A stretch of 64,000 bases of DNA from an uncultured Clostridia bacterium (lineage in GTDB: Bacteria > Bacillota > Clostridia > TANB77 > CAG-508). The position numbers and the translations under genes were made by a program. Position 1 is the stretch's first letter. Each line of letters begins with the position of its first letter. Under the pieces are notes generated by a model that was not told the DNA's origin, did no database searches, and saw only the letters and a list, made by a program, of their open reading frames with translations. Location of the stretch: the NCBI GenBank assembly GCA_944388605.1, contig CALXJJ010000004.1, positions 3,162 to 67,161 on the forward strand. The letters run 5' to 3'. Below are positions 41,302-50,700 of this stretch, one piece after another.

Positions 41302-42072
41302 ATGAAAAAATTAGATGTAGTAACAGGGAAAACCAATCAAATTCTTGTAATATCTGGTGCCAGTGGTTCTGGAAAAACAACAACTTGTGCATTACTTCAA
41401 TTCTTATATCCAAAGAATTATGCTCATATTCCTTTTGATAGAAGTAGAGCTTCCAGACCTGGAGAATTTGGCTCACGCCATGTAGATTTAGAAACAATGT
41501 TTCAAAAATATAATGATGGTGAATATTTTAACATAGCACCTGTAACTCACAATGGATACGCAGCAATACGTACTGCTGATATTAATAAAGCTTTTTCTGA
41601 TGGTAAGGTAGCTGTTATAGAATTTCCACTAGAACAAATAGCCATACTTGAAAAGAACTTTCCACAAGCAAATGTAACTGTTGTAGAACTTGTTGCACCT
41701 TCTGAAAAAGAACGTTTAAGACGATTAAAGAAAGATCACAAATATACAGACCAACGAATTGAAGGTGATGCCTATGGTTCTGGTAGGATTGAAAGATATA
41801 AAGATGATAATTTATTAACTTTAGATGACCATAATCTTGTACTTATAACAGAAAGAGATAAACTCGGTGATACTGTTTTTTCAATACATAGATATATGCA
41901 AATACAAAAATTAACATTGGAACAACTTACAAGTTTTGAAAAAAAAGAAGGTGTAAAAGGAGTTCAAAGTTTTTTAAAATCACTCCGAGTACCAAAAAAT
42001 AATTTTTCAAAAGCTGAAAATTATGAATTTTTAGAACATAAGTTGCCTCAAACTGATGACTTTGAAAGATAA
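41302..42072 (+). CDS. Guanylate-kinase-like P-loop nucleotide kinase with a C-terminal extension
   Basis: Walker A ISGASGSGKTT. NMP-binding region DRSRASRPGEFGSRHVDLETMF...YFNIAPVTHNGYAAIRTAD resembles the GMK T[RS]xPRxGE...YG motifs. 256 aa. Confidence 0.6.
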   Translation: MKKLDVVTGKTNQILVISGASGSGKTTTCALLQFLYPKNYAHIPFDRSRASRPGEFGSRHVDLETMFQKYNDGEYFNIAPVTHNGYAAIRTADINKAFSDGKVAVIEFPLEQIAILEKNFPQANVTVVELVAPSEKERLRRLKKDHKYTDQRIEGDAYGSGRIERYKDDNLLTLDDHNLVLITERDKLGDTVFSIHRYMQIQKLTLEQLTSFEKKEGVKGVQSFLKSLRVPKNNFSKAENYEFLEHKLPQTDDFER

Positions 42073-42082
42073 TATATTATAC

Positions 42083-42126
42083 AAAACAGCAGAATCAAAA
42101 ATTGATATTTTATATTCTGCTGTTTT
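42083..42126. terminator. Bidirectional intrinsic terminator between convergent operons
   Basis: aaaacagcagaat-(16 nt)-attctgctgttttt: perfect 13-bp stem with flanking A/T runs on both sides. Confidence 0.65.
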
Positions 42127-42135
42127 TAATTTACT

Positions 42136-42744
42136 CTATAAATCCTTTAAAAAATCACTATCTTTCATTATGTAATCAACTATTTCATCTGGTGTTTTAT
42201 TAGTTGTATTAATAATTTTAGTATTTGGAAATCTTTTCAATACAATATTTTTATAATGTTTTTCTACTCTCTCAAACTTATTAGTGTCTAGCAATAATTT
42301 ATCAGAACCTGTAATTTCCTTTCCTAATGCTTCACGCTCTTTAAATCTTTTTATTCTTTCTTCTATTGAAACTGTAATATAAAAAGAATCCATATCTGGA
42401 TACATGCCAAGTAGATTTTCTAAAATAGATATTTCTTCCAAGTCCTCTATATTATTTTGTTCAATTTTTGTTGCAATATATTTTATTATCCATAAAGAAT
42501 CTTGTAAAATTGGGCTATCTTCTCTATAATCTGCAATGTCTTTTTTTACAGTATTTTGAAGGAGTGGTTTCCATTCTTCTGGTGGTAACCAAGTATCTCT
42601 CTTTCGTACTTTTTCAATTGTATCTATTGGGGTTAAAAATTTTTTTTGTACCTTAAAAGTATTGGGCTTTGCTATATCAATTTTCTTAATAATTGTTGTT
42701 TTACCTGAAAAGTCCATACCAGTAAATAACTTTATTTTAGACAT
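42136..42744 (-). CDS. Thymidylate/dNMP-kinase-like P-loop kinase
   Basis: Walker A FTGMDFSGKTT. Overall TMK-like length (202 aa). Last gene of a tightly packed six-gene minus-strand operon. Confidence 0.5.
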   Translation of the reverse strand: MSKIKLFTGMDFSGKTTIIKKIDIAKPNTFKVQKKFLTPIDTIEKVRKRDTWLPPEEWKPLLQNTVKKDIADYREDSPILQDSLWIIKYIATKIEQNNIEDLEEISILENLLGMYPDMDSFYITVSIEERIKRFKEREALGKEITGSDKLLLDTNKFERVEKHYKNIVLKRFPNTKIINTTNKTPDEIVDYIMKDSDFLKDL

Positions 42745-42777
42745 TTTATCACCTTTTAATTTTTATAATTTATATAT

Positions 42778-43404
42778 TTATATTTTTATCAAATTTAAAA
42801 TTTTCTCAGTTCCATCATTGATAGAGCTCTCTGATGAAGTATCAATAATAATTGAATTATTGCATTCGTTAGCTTTTCTTTTTAATTCGTCATATACTAA
42901 CTTTAAAAATTTAGGATGCTCTCTGTAAAAATCATGTACTGGTGAATTTTTACTTTTCTCCATCCTATCTATAATAGTTTCGTATGGAGGAATACAAAAT
43001 ACATTTGATGATGGCTCTAATAGAATATTATTTTCTACCAAAGTTTCTGAAATACGATATACATTATAATCTTTATTAAAATACTCTCCATATGCGTTTA
43101 TATATGTAGTAATTGCATCATAGTATCTATCCTGTAAAACAATTGTATTCGTATTTTCTAGACATGGTCTAATAACATTCTTTGTATTTATTATTAGGTC
43201 TGTAAAAAAATATAGTGTAGTAATTGTCATATCTTTTTTGCCCAATAGTTTTTTAAATTCTCTACCTATATCGGTATATGTCATAGCGCCATGATTATAA
43301 ATAGGTTGATAGCCCATCTCTTTAATCTTTTCGCTTAAATTATTGCATAAAGTAGTCTTTCCACTACAACAAATTCCTTCAAAAACAATAAAATTATTAT
43401 TCAT
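42778..43404 (-). CDS. Thymidylate-kinase-like P-loop kinase
   Basis: IVFEGICCSGKTT (compare TMK IVFEGIDGSGKTT) and the LQDRYYDAITTYINAYG DRY/lid region. Confidence 0.65.
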   Translation of the reverse strand: MNNNFIVFEGICCSGKTTLCNNLSEKIKEMGYQPIYNHGAMTYTDIGREFKKLLGKKDMTITTLYFFTDLIINTKNVIRPCLENTNTIVLQDRYYDAITTYINAYGEYFNKDYNVYRISETLVENNILLEPSSNVFCIPPYETIIDRMEKSKNSPVHDFYREHPKFLKLVYDELKRKANECNNSIIIDTSSESSINDGTEKILNLIKI

Positions 43405-43414
43405 TGTAGCCCTC

Positions 43415-44068
43415 CTATTTTTTATTAATTAATGTATATCCACGAAAATACTTACTATCTTTTGTTAATTCAACAGGTAGACTACTATTTAAGATAATCT
43501 TATTAGCGGTTAGCAAATGTTCATCATAATTATAATCCCCAGTTGTAGTATTGGGTTTTATCCAATCTTCAATTTCTAGCATGTCTTCATATACTGAATC
43601 TGTCTCCTCTTTTTCATAATATTTAACTTTATCATATGTAACATATAAACGGTCAGAATTTTTTTCTATTATTCCAACATATCTCATCATTTTTGCGTAT
43701 AATACTGGTCTTAGTCCATTTCTAACATCCAAATCCAATTCTTTAATAAATTCATTAACATCTTTATATTGCCCTCTTAGTTTTGTACCAAGTTCTAGTT
43801 TTGAAACATATGGTTTGTTGTCTTCACACATATTTTTTTTATACAAGAACCCATTAAATTGCTCTGTAATATGTTTGCTACCTCTCATTACATCTCCTCT
43901 TTTTAGAACTGTTAGATTATTGTCGTCATAGTATGTTTCGTGCTTTTCATTAGTTCTTGTTTCAACTAATTTATATCCTTTGTCATAAAAAACTTTTAGA
44001 ACTTCTTCCAAAGATAAAATGCCTTTTATTAAGTATTTAAGTTCTCTTTCATAATTTTCAAATTCCAT
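43415..44068 (-). CDS. CYTH-domain protein (triphosphate tunnel metalloenzyme: CyaB-type cyclase / triphosphatase family)
   Basis: N-terminal ERELKYLI (the ExExK signature of CYTH). 217 aa. Confidence 0.6.
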   Translation of the reverse strand: MEFENYERELKYLIKGILSLEEVLKVFYDKGYKLVETRTNEKHETYYDDNNLTVLKRGDVMRGSKHITEQFNGFLYKKNMCEDNKPYVSKLELGTKLRGQYKDVNEFIKELDLDVRNGLRPVLYAKMMRYVGIIEKNSDRLYVTYDKVKYYEKEETDSVYEDMLEIEDWIKPNTTTGDYNYDEHLLTANKIILNSSLPVELTKDSKYFRGYTLINKK

Positions 44069-44082
44069 ACTTTACACCATCC

Positions 44083-44886
44083 TTATTTAATACTTATAAA
44101 TGTTCCCGTTTCTCTCGGAATATTAATAGCACCATTTTTTATTCTTATATTTTCAAAATATTGATACAAACTAGCCAGATTTTCTTCTGAAAATCCAGAA
44201 ATAGAGGTAGTTGATTTTAGCCATTCCATCAAATCATCCGTTTTTGTAATTGCTAATACATTTTCGTAATCAAACCTTTCTACAGAAGAAAAATATTTTT
44301 TTAATATTTCGCTTCCATTTTGAAGATTAAAAGGTAATTGCTCTGTAAAAGCTGTCGAATCTGGGTTAAACTGTTTTATTGCTTCATGTAAAAATGGTCT
44401 CATACCACCATTTCCATCTGTAGCTGAATAAAAATGTCCGCCTTTTTTTAAAACTCGTTTTACTTCTGATAATGCTTTATCTAAATCTGGCACATGAAAA
44501 AGCATATGATTCGCGATGACCATATCAAAAGAGTTGTCTTCAAACGGTATTGATTGAATATCAATTTTTTCAAATGAAACATTATCATATTGCGAATATT
44601 TTTCTTTTACTAAATCTAGCATTCCATCTAAAAAATCTGACAAAATAAGTTTGCACCCTTTTGGAAGCTTGTCTATTCTATTGTTCCAATGGCTTCCATT
44701 TCCACACCCTAGTTCTAAAATATGAAAATTTTCCTCAAATTCATACTTATCAAATAACCAATCTGCAAAGCTATACTTATTTGTCGTATATTTCTTATAA
44801 AAATTAATTCTCATTGATAAGTTTTTGTCATTAGAAAATTGCTTTTCAACATTCTGTGTTTTATTCATAATAGACATAAAAATCAC
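44083..44886 (-). CDS. Class I SAM-dependent methyltransferase
   Basis: Motif I ILELGCGNGSHW and motif post-I KLILSDF. 267 aa. Confidence 0.8.
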   Translation of the reverse strand: MIFMSIMNKTQNVEKQFSNDKNLSMRINFYKKYTTNKYSFADWLFDKYEFEENFHILELGCGNGSHWNNRIDKLPKGCKLILSDFLDGMLDLVKEKYSQYDNVSFEKIDIQSIPFEDNSFDMVIANHMLFHVPDLDKALSEVKRVLKKGGHFYSATDGNGGMRPFLHEAIKQFNPDSTAFTEQLPFNLQNGSEILKKYFSSVERFDYENVLAITKTDDLMEWLKSTTSISGFSEENLASLYQYFENIRIKNGAINIPRETGTFISIK

Positions 44887-44904
44887 CTCTATTTAAAATT
44901 TTAT

Positions 44905-46497
44905 TTATCTTATAAATGGATTTTCTTTTCCATCATAATTTAATCCGTATTTATTACATAAGTTTTTTCCTTTATAATTCATTTCATCATAAAATCTAGC
45001 GTGTTTGCAAATTTGTGTAGTAATTAATTGATTTAAGTTTTCTTCTGAAATTCCATGTTCTATTTCTTCCAATACTATTTGCATAAAATCTAAATCTAAT
45101 AGCTTTAATTGAAAGTATAAATCATAAAACTCTTTTTCTCCTGTTGAATCTATGGCTTTAGGTGAAGAAATAGGATCTATTATCATATCATACAATTTCA
45201 TGTGAGACTTGTGCCACCTTTTAAGTGCATTATAAGCTAATTTAACTTTTGGGTCTACTATATCATATTTATTATTATCATAAACATCATTTTTTATGAT
45301 TTTATCTTCTTTTTTCAATTTTTCGGTATATAGTGTTCCATCTGCTGCAAACATCTCTGAAAAAATGCCTTTGGTTATTATCCAATCATATTCTCTTAAA
45401 AATTCATAATTTTCTTTTAGTTCTTCAAATGTTGTATTATCATCAAATAGAATAAAACCTGCTTGGACATAAATACCATGTTTTTTTAATATATCTAATG
45501 CTCTTTTGTTATCTTCTAAACTGGCACTCTTATTCATCCTCTTTAATGCAGTATCCGAACCATTTTCTATTCCACATGCAAATGAGTGAAAACCTGCTTC
45601 TTTTAAATATTCCATTTTTTTATCTTCTACTTGATCCGCCTTCAAAGAGCCTCTTAATGATACGTTTATTCCTCTCGCTTTTATCTTATCTCTGAACTCT
45701 TTTGCCCATCTTTCATCTCTTTCTTTTTCTAAAAAACTATCATCAATAACTTTTATGTATTTTACCCCCATATTTTGTAACTGCTCTAGTTCATCAATTA
45801 TATTGTCTACACTTCTTCCTCTCCATTTATTTCCTATCGATAATTTATTAAAAGCATTTACAGAACAAAATAAGCAGTTTCCCATACAGCCCCTAGCTGT
45901 TAATATATTTACTGTTGACTTCCTCTCTAATGCCATATTCATTGTATCTCTAGAAGGAAATGGTATATCATCTAAATCTTTTATAAGTTCTCTTTTTTGA
46001 GTTTTAATTATTTTCCCTCCATCTTCATACACAATTCCTTTAATTTCATTAAGTTCTTTATCACTATTTCCAGTAAAATAATCGCAAACTTCAACAATAG
46101 TCTGCTCACCTTCACCAATCATAGCAATATCAAAGATGCCATCTTTCACAAATCTTTGTGGGTTAAACGATGGTCCAAATCCTCCACACATTAGTTTTAT
46201 ATTTGGATTTATACTCCTTATTTTTTTTGCTAGTTCAATAGATTTATCATTATTTGACATATAGCATGATATTCCAACAATTGAAACGTCTTTTTTATTT
46301 ATTATTTGCTTTAATACTTCATTATCTTCTAAGTTTCCCAGCCATCCATCTATTATTTCTACATTATATCCATTTTTTCTTAATACAGCTGTCAAATATG
46401 CTAATCCAAGATTTTCTTCGGATGTTCTATGTGTATCTGGTGATAATGTTGTAAGTATTATTTTGCTTTCATTTTTTTTATTATTTTTATCTTCCAT
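44905..46497 (-). CDS. Cobalamin(B12)-binding radical SAM enzyme
   Basis: N-terminal B12-binding Rossmann region. CMGNCLFCSV (CxxxCxxC) radical SAM cluster. 530 aa, typical class-B radical SAM methylase-like architecture. Confidence 0.85.
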   Translation of the reverse strand: MEDKNNKKNESKIILTTLSPDTHRTSEENLGLAYLTAVLRKNGYNVEIIDGWLGNLEDNEVLKQIINKKDVSIVGISCYMSNNDKSIELAKKIRSINPNIKLMCGGFGPSFNPQRFVKDGIFDIAMIGEGEQTIVEVCDYFTGNSDKELNEIKGIVYEDGGKIIKTQKRELIKDLDDIPFPSRDTMNMALERKSTVNILTARGCMGNCLFCSVNAFNKLSIGNKWRGRSVDNIIDELEQLQNMGVKYIKVIDDSFLEKERDERWAKEFRDKIKARGINVSLRGSLKADQVEDKKMEYLKEAGFHSFACGIENGSDTALKRMNKSASLEDNKRALDILKKHGIYVQAGFILFDDNTTFEELKENYEFLREYDWIITKGIFSEMFAADGTLYTEKLKKEDKIIKNDVYDNNKYDIVDPKVKLAYNALKRWHKSHMKLYDMIIDPISSPKAIDSTGEKEFYDLYFQLKLLDLDFMQIVLEEIEHGISEENLNQLITTQICKHARFYDEMNYKGKNLCNKYGLNYDGKENPFIR

Positions 46498-46510
46498 TTA
46501 TACTTCTTCC

Positions 46511-47635
46511 TTACTTTTTTGGTTTTCCAATCCAAGTACATAGATAGTTTTCATGTACTAATTGTTTATTTCCCTTTTTATAATTAATATTACTTTCTAT
46601 CTCAACATCTTTAAAGCAAAAAGGATCTCTAGCATATAAATCTTTTTCTCCAGTAGCACATTTTTTGTATGTATACGCCATTGCGAAGCACCCACCTCTA
46701 CATATATCTGCTTTTTCGCAGTCCTTGCATCCTTCTATGTTTTTATAATTTTCTTTTCTTATTTTAAAAGCCTTGAACTGTTCCGAATTAATTATGTCAA
46801 AAATATCATCTGTTAACAAATCTCCTACTCGATAGTCGTGCATATATACACAAGGTGAAACTGGTATTTTTCCATCTGGTGTTATTGAATTAATTCTCAT
46901 GGAATATGTTCCACAAGCACAACCTTTAACCTTATAATTGTCTGTTATTCCTGATAATGTAGGTTCACTCAATTCTACTGTATCACATTTTTCAAATAAA
47001 TATTTATAATTTTCTAATACTTGTTCTTTGCTTGGTACAAGTTCAAAATGCTCTTTTTGGATTGGTTTTATCAAATTAAATCTAATGTTTGAATCATATT
47101 TTTTAGCAAGTTCTAACAAAGCATCTATTCTGTCTTTTGTAAAATCCCAATTCATTGCACACATTATAATTCCTGACTCTATATTATTTTCTTTACAAAT
47201 TTCTAGAGCTTGAATAGCATATTTATATACATCTCCACCCCTATTTTCATTATGTTCTTGTTCAAAAGGAGAATCTAAACTAATGTCTACGTCATTTAAT
47301 AAATTTAAACACTCTGGATACATTTTCTTTAATGCTATAAGACTAATTCCTGATGTAGTTATTCCAACTTTTATTTTCTTTTTATTTAGCTCTTTTAGTA
47401 TATATGGCAACATACTTTTGCTGACATCTAATCCGTTAGTAAATATTGGTTCATTTCCACCAAGATTAACTGTTTCTACATTTAATTTTTGAATTTGCTC
47501 AATTACTTTATCAACTATTTCTTTAGTTAAATTTTTGCCTTTGTTTCTTACAGCAAAAGAATAACAATGCTTACATTTACAAGGACAATCATTGCCCAAA
47601 GTCCAACCTATATTTTTTATCATATATTCCTCCAT
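46511..47635 (-). CDS. Radical SAM enzyme with C-terminal SPASM/twitch auxiliary-cluster domain
   Basis: GNDCPCKCKHCYS (CxxxCxxC). C-terminal CxxCxxxxxCxxxC-type cluster GCKDCEKADICRGGCFAMAY. 374 aa. Confidence 0.85.
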   Translation of the reverse strand: MEEYMIKNIGWTLGNDCPCKCKHCYSFAVRNKGKNLTKEIVDKVIEQIQKLNVETVNLGGNEPIFTNGLDVSKSMLPYILKELNKKKIKVGITTSGISLIALKKMYPECLNLLNDVDISLDSPFEQEHNENRGGDVYKYAIQALEICKENNIESGIIMCAMNWDFTKDRIDALLELAKKYDSNIRFNLIKPIQKEHFELVPSKEQVLENYKYLFEKCDTVELSEPTLSGITDNYKVKGCACGTYSMRINSITPDGKIPVSPCVYMHDYRVGDLLTDDIFDIINSEQFKAFKIRKENYKNIEGCKDCEKADICRGGCFAMAYTYKKCATGEKDLYARDPFCFKDVEIESNINYKKGNKQLVHENYLCTWIGKPKK

Positions 47636-47705
47636 ATCTTATAACAGATTATAGTATTTATGTGATTATTTAATTGCTATATGCTAAATCTTATAATTTT
47701 CTTTA

Positions 47706-48375
47706 ACTATATTAAAATTTTATTTGTTCCAAATTTATTAATTGATTATTTCTAAAAATCATTTTTAGTAAACAAGGAGATGTTATATCTAAAACTGTAT
47801 TGTTGTATACTAATTTAACATCTTTATTTACTTCGCACCAATTTAGTAAGAAAAATTTTATTGAACCGCCGATGACTTACAACGGCAATTTTTTTACCTT
47901 CATATTCGTTTAATATTCTATCAACGAATTCTGTCATTCGCTTTTTGGTTTCTTCAGCACTTTCTCCATCAGAAGTTTTAAAATTTCTATCTAATAGTTG
48001 CTCTTGAGATGGATCTCTTGTTTTTTTGTCTTTCATAAATTCTCCAAGTTCTTTTAAGTTTCCTAATTTTCTCTCGCTCAAATTACTGTCTAAATTAATT
48101 GGCAAATTATTAGAATCAGCAATGTATTTTGCTGTGGCTTTTGCTCTAGTATAACTACTTGACCATATAACGTCAATATTTGACAGTTCATTATTTTCAC
48201 TTAATCTTTTAGATTGTTCTTCTCCTTGTACTGATAGAATCTCTTTTTCGTTAATCATTTGGGAATCTTCTTTCGTATTTCTAATTCCATTTTCGTCAAT
48301 TGTTTCAGCATGTCTTATTAAATAAATTATCGTATCTTTCATTATATATCTCCTTATCTTATTTTTACTATTCAA
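47706..48375 (-). pseudogene. Histidine phosphatase (phosphoglycerate-mutase-like) gene interrupted by a +1 frameshift at about 47866–47872
   Basis: N-terminal catalytic LIRHAET (RHG motif). The annotated ORF 47824..48375 ends 13 aa after ...VVSHRR. Removing one base (catCggcgg) gives VVSHGGSIKFFLLNW..., the conserved SHGG motif, and about 50 further aa down to the stop at about 47706. Confidence 0.65.
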
Positions 48376-48466
48376 TTATATCAATAATATCGATTATTTT
48401 CAATGATTTGAACTAATAAATTTAATAATGAAATATATGGTTAACTTCTTGCAATTATTCATTTTA

Positions 48467-48738
48467 CCAAATTTGTTATTAATTTCCATATTTTATGGTG
48501 TATTTTTACACCATAAAATATACTTTTTAATAACTTTTCATTTTTATATTAGCAATTAACTTGTTTCAATTTTACTTATTTTTTGTTTTAATATGAGAAG
48601 TTAAACCTCTATTTTTATTAGTATACATTTTATTAAAACTCGTCAATCTCTTTATATTAAAGCATTTTGGCATTTTTTATATTTATATAATAAAAAAAAT
48701 AATGTAGCATTCAGTACCCCTCTATGTCAACTATTTTG
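48467..48738. repeat. Left copy of a ~270-bp direct repeat flanking the 2H/MPE/AbiE cassette
   Basis: Near-identical to 52208–52458. Contains the palindrome tatggtgtatttttacaccata and the ...gtagcattcagtacccctctatgtcaactat end. Confidence 0.8.
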
Positions 48739-49174
48739 CCTCATATTTGTACAAATAATGTTTGTTTTCTATATTTTCAACTCAATTTTTTAACTATTTT
48801 AGATTAAATATTTAATATATTAATAATTTTTTTATAAAATCTTTTTATTTAAAGCAAACAAAAATTTTATTAAATTTATATTTTTTTCTTCTATAATTTA
48901 TACAACTTCTAGTTGTATATTAAAAAGTCAAAATTCCACTATTCTCAATAAAAAATACAGTTTTTAATTTATAAATATTGGGTTTTTTTACAAAAAAAAT
49001 ATAGCCAATAGGAGAGTATTTTTACTCCAAAATTGACTATGTTTTTATCTGTTTTTTACACTTTTTTCTCATTTTTATGGATTTTTATGGATTTCATTGC
49101 TCCAAAATTGCTCCAAAACCACTTTTGTAAATTACCCCTCCGTTGCAGCTCTAAGGTTAGGGAATTTTATGTTG

Positions 49175-49220
49175 TGCCATTTTGAATGTCCGAGACATAC
49201 TCTTACCTCCTTTATTTTTT
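49175..49220 (-). repeat. Duplicated copy of the yebC 5' end plus RBS (identical to 37564–37609)
   Basis: gtgccattttgaatgtccgagacatactcttacctcctttattttt occurs at both sites. The 49.1 kb copy carries only the first ~40 nt of coding sequence. Confidence 0.75.
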
Positions 49221-49654
49221 TCCTTTATTGCATAGGAAATTTCGTTAGAAATTTCTGGAGCAACAAGGTTAAGTTTCCTTAGACCGTGCGTATTTGCGAA
49301 GCAAAACGCACATTTGGCGAAGCCACTTTTCTTATTTTCAGGGGTTTCAGCCTTTTAATGCCTGATTTTACCCATTTTTTAGCTTACCTAAACTTTATTG
49401 ATTTTTAGGGATTTTCGAGGTTCGTAATTAGAAATGATTGCTCCAAAATTACTCCAAAAAATCTTATGTAAAGTTATTAATGTACTTAAATTGAACTTTT
49501 GTTTTCTTATTATTTTTTATCTTAAACAAAAATACTAAATTATTTTATCACATTATTTTTTATTTGTGTAGTATTTTTACAAATATTTTTTGTATTTTAC
49601 TCATGTGAGTAGTAGCGCATTTTCTTAAGTAAATACATATTTTTTAAACTATTT

Positions 49655-50170
49655 TTATAAACTTATCCTGAATTCTATGATTGATTCTTCATTTTTTCCT
49701 ATTTGCTCTACTATAATAGTATCAACTATTGTTTCAAACTCCTCATCAATTTCTATTTTCTCATTAGGATTATTTGTACTTCCAATAGTTATATGAGGCT
49801 CGTAATTATACTTTTCTATATCAACATCTTTTAATATATTTTTATAAATTCTATGGTTGATTTTATTTATTACTTTCTTTCCTTCTTGTATATTCAAAAA
49901 TATGTAATATGTATTAATTCTATTATCTTTTCTTAAAGTTACTCCTTTACATTTTATTTTAAAAGGACTAATATCCTTAATAATATTTAATAATTGTTGT
50001 TTTAATTCTTCATTAGAAATATCGCTTTTAAATGGAAATGCTAAAGTTATATGAGGCTCTATTATATTAAATAACTCATCATATTTTTCTCTTATCTTTT
50101 GAATTTTATTAATATTTTTAAATTTGGGAATAATTAATATATCCCTTTTTCCTTCATTTTTATAATTCAT
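49655..50170 (-). CDS. 2H phosphoesterase superfamily protein (LigT/2'-5' RNA ligase-like)
   Basis: Two H-x-T-x motifs (EPHITLAF and EPHITIGS) at the spacing expected for 2H-fold enzymes. 171 aa. Confidence 0.6.
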   Translation of the reverse strand: MNYKNEGKRDILIIPKFKNINKIQKIREKYDELFNIIEPHITLAFPFKSDISNEELKQQLLNIIKDISPFKIKCKGVTLRKDNRINTYYIFLNIQEGKKVINKINHRIYKNILKDVDIEKYNYEPHITIGSTNNPNEKIEIDEEFETIVDTIIVEQIGKNEESIIEFRISL

Positions 50171-50185
50171 AAAATAACTCCTACA

Positions 50186-50683
50186 TTAATTATCATTTAA
50201 TAGTTTTATATTTTCTATACTTACAGGTGTATAATGGACTACATCACAAGAAACACATACATGATTTTTCTTATCAAATTTTCTATCTAGTGGTTTATCA
50301 TGTATATGCCCAAAAATGTTAATTTGGTTTTCTTCAACTCTTTCTGTTGGTGTATGTGTTAATAATAAATTATCTAAAATAATTTTCTTCTTATAGACCT
50401 CTAAAAATCCTATTTCTTTCCATGTATTTATACCAATTTTAAAATCATGATTTCCTCTAAGTAATATTTTTGTTCCATTTAAGCTTCCTACTAATCTCTT
50501 TACTTCTTCAAACTTTCCAAATCCAACATCTCCTAAATGATATACTGTATCCGTTTCTTTAACAATAGAATTCCATCTTTTTATTATATATTCATTCATT
50601 TCATCAGTATTTTTAAATGGTCTATGACAGTATTTAATTATATTTGCATGATTAAAATGTGTATCTGCTATAAAATATATCAT
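50186..50683 (-). CDS. Calcineurin-like metallophosphoesterase (YfcE-like)
   Basis: MIYFIADTHFNH ... HLGDVG ... LRGNHD ... GHIHD. These are the canonical MPE metal-binding motifs. Confidence 0.75.
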   Translation of the reverse strand: MIYFIADTHFNHANIIKYCHRPFKNTDEMNEYIIKRWNSIVKETDTVYHLGDVGFGKFEEVKRLVGSLNGTKILLRGNHDFKIGINTWKEIGFLEVYKKKIILDNLLLTHTPTERVEENQINIFGHIHDKPLDRKFDKKNHVCVSCDVVHYTPVSIENIKLLNDN

Positions 50684-50700
50684 ATGTTCTCCTTTTCTGC

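Noticed and set aside
44905-47635. Radical SAM pair + methyltransferase as a RiPP (ranthipeptide/sactipeptide) maturation cluster
   Set aside because: No short precursor-peptide ORF with leader/core features within or beside the operon. No peptidase, transporter or RRE domain. The operon also encodes three nucleotide kinases and a CYTH enzyme, which point to a nucleotide substrate.
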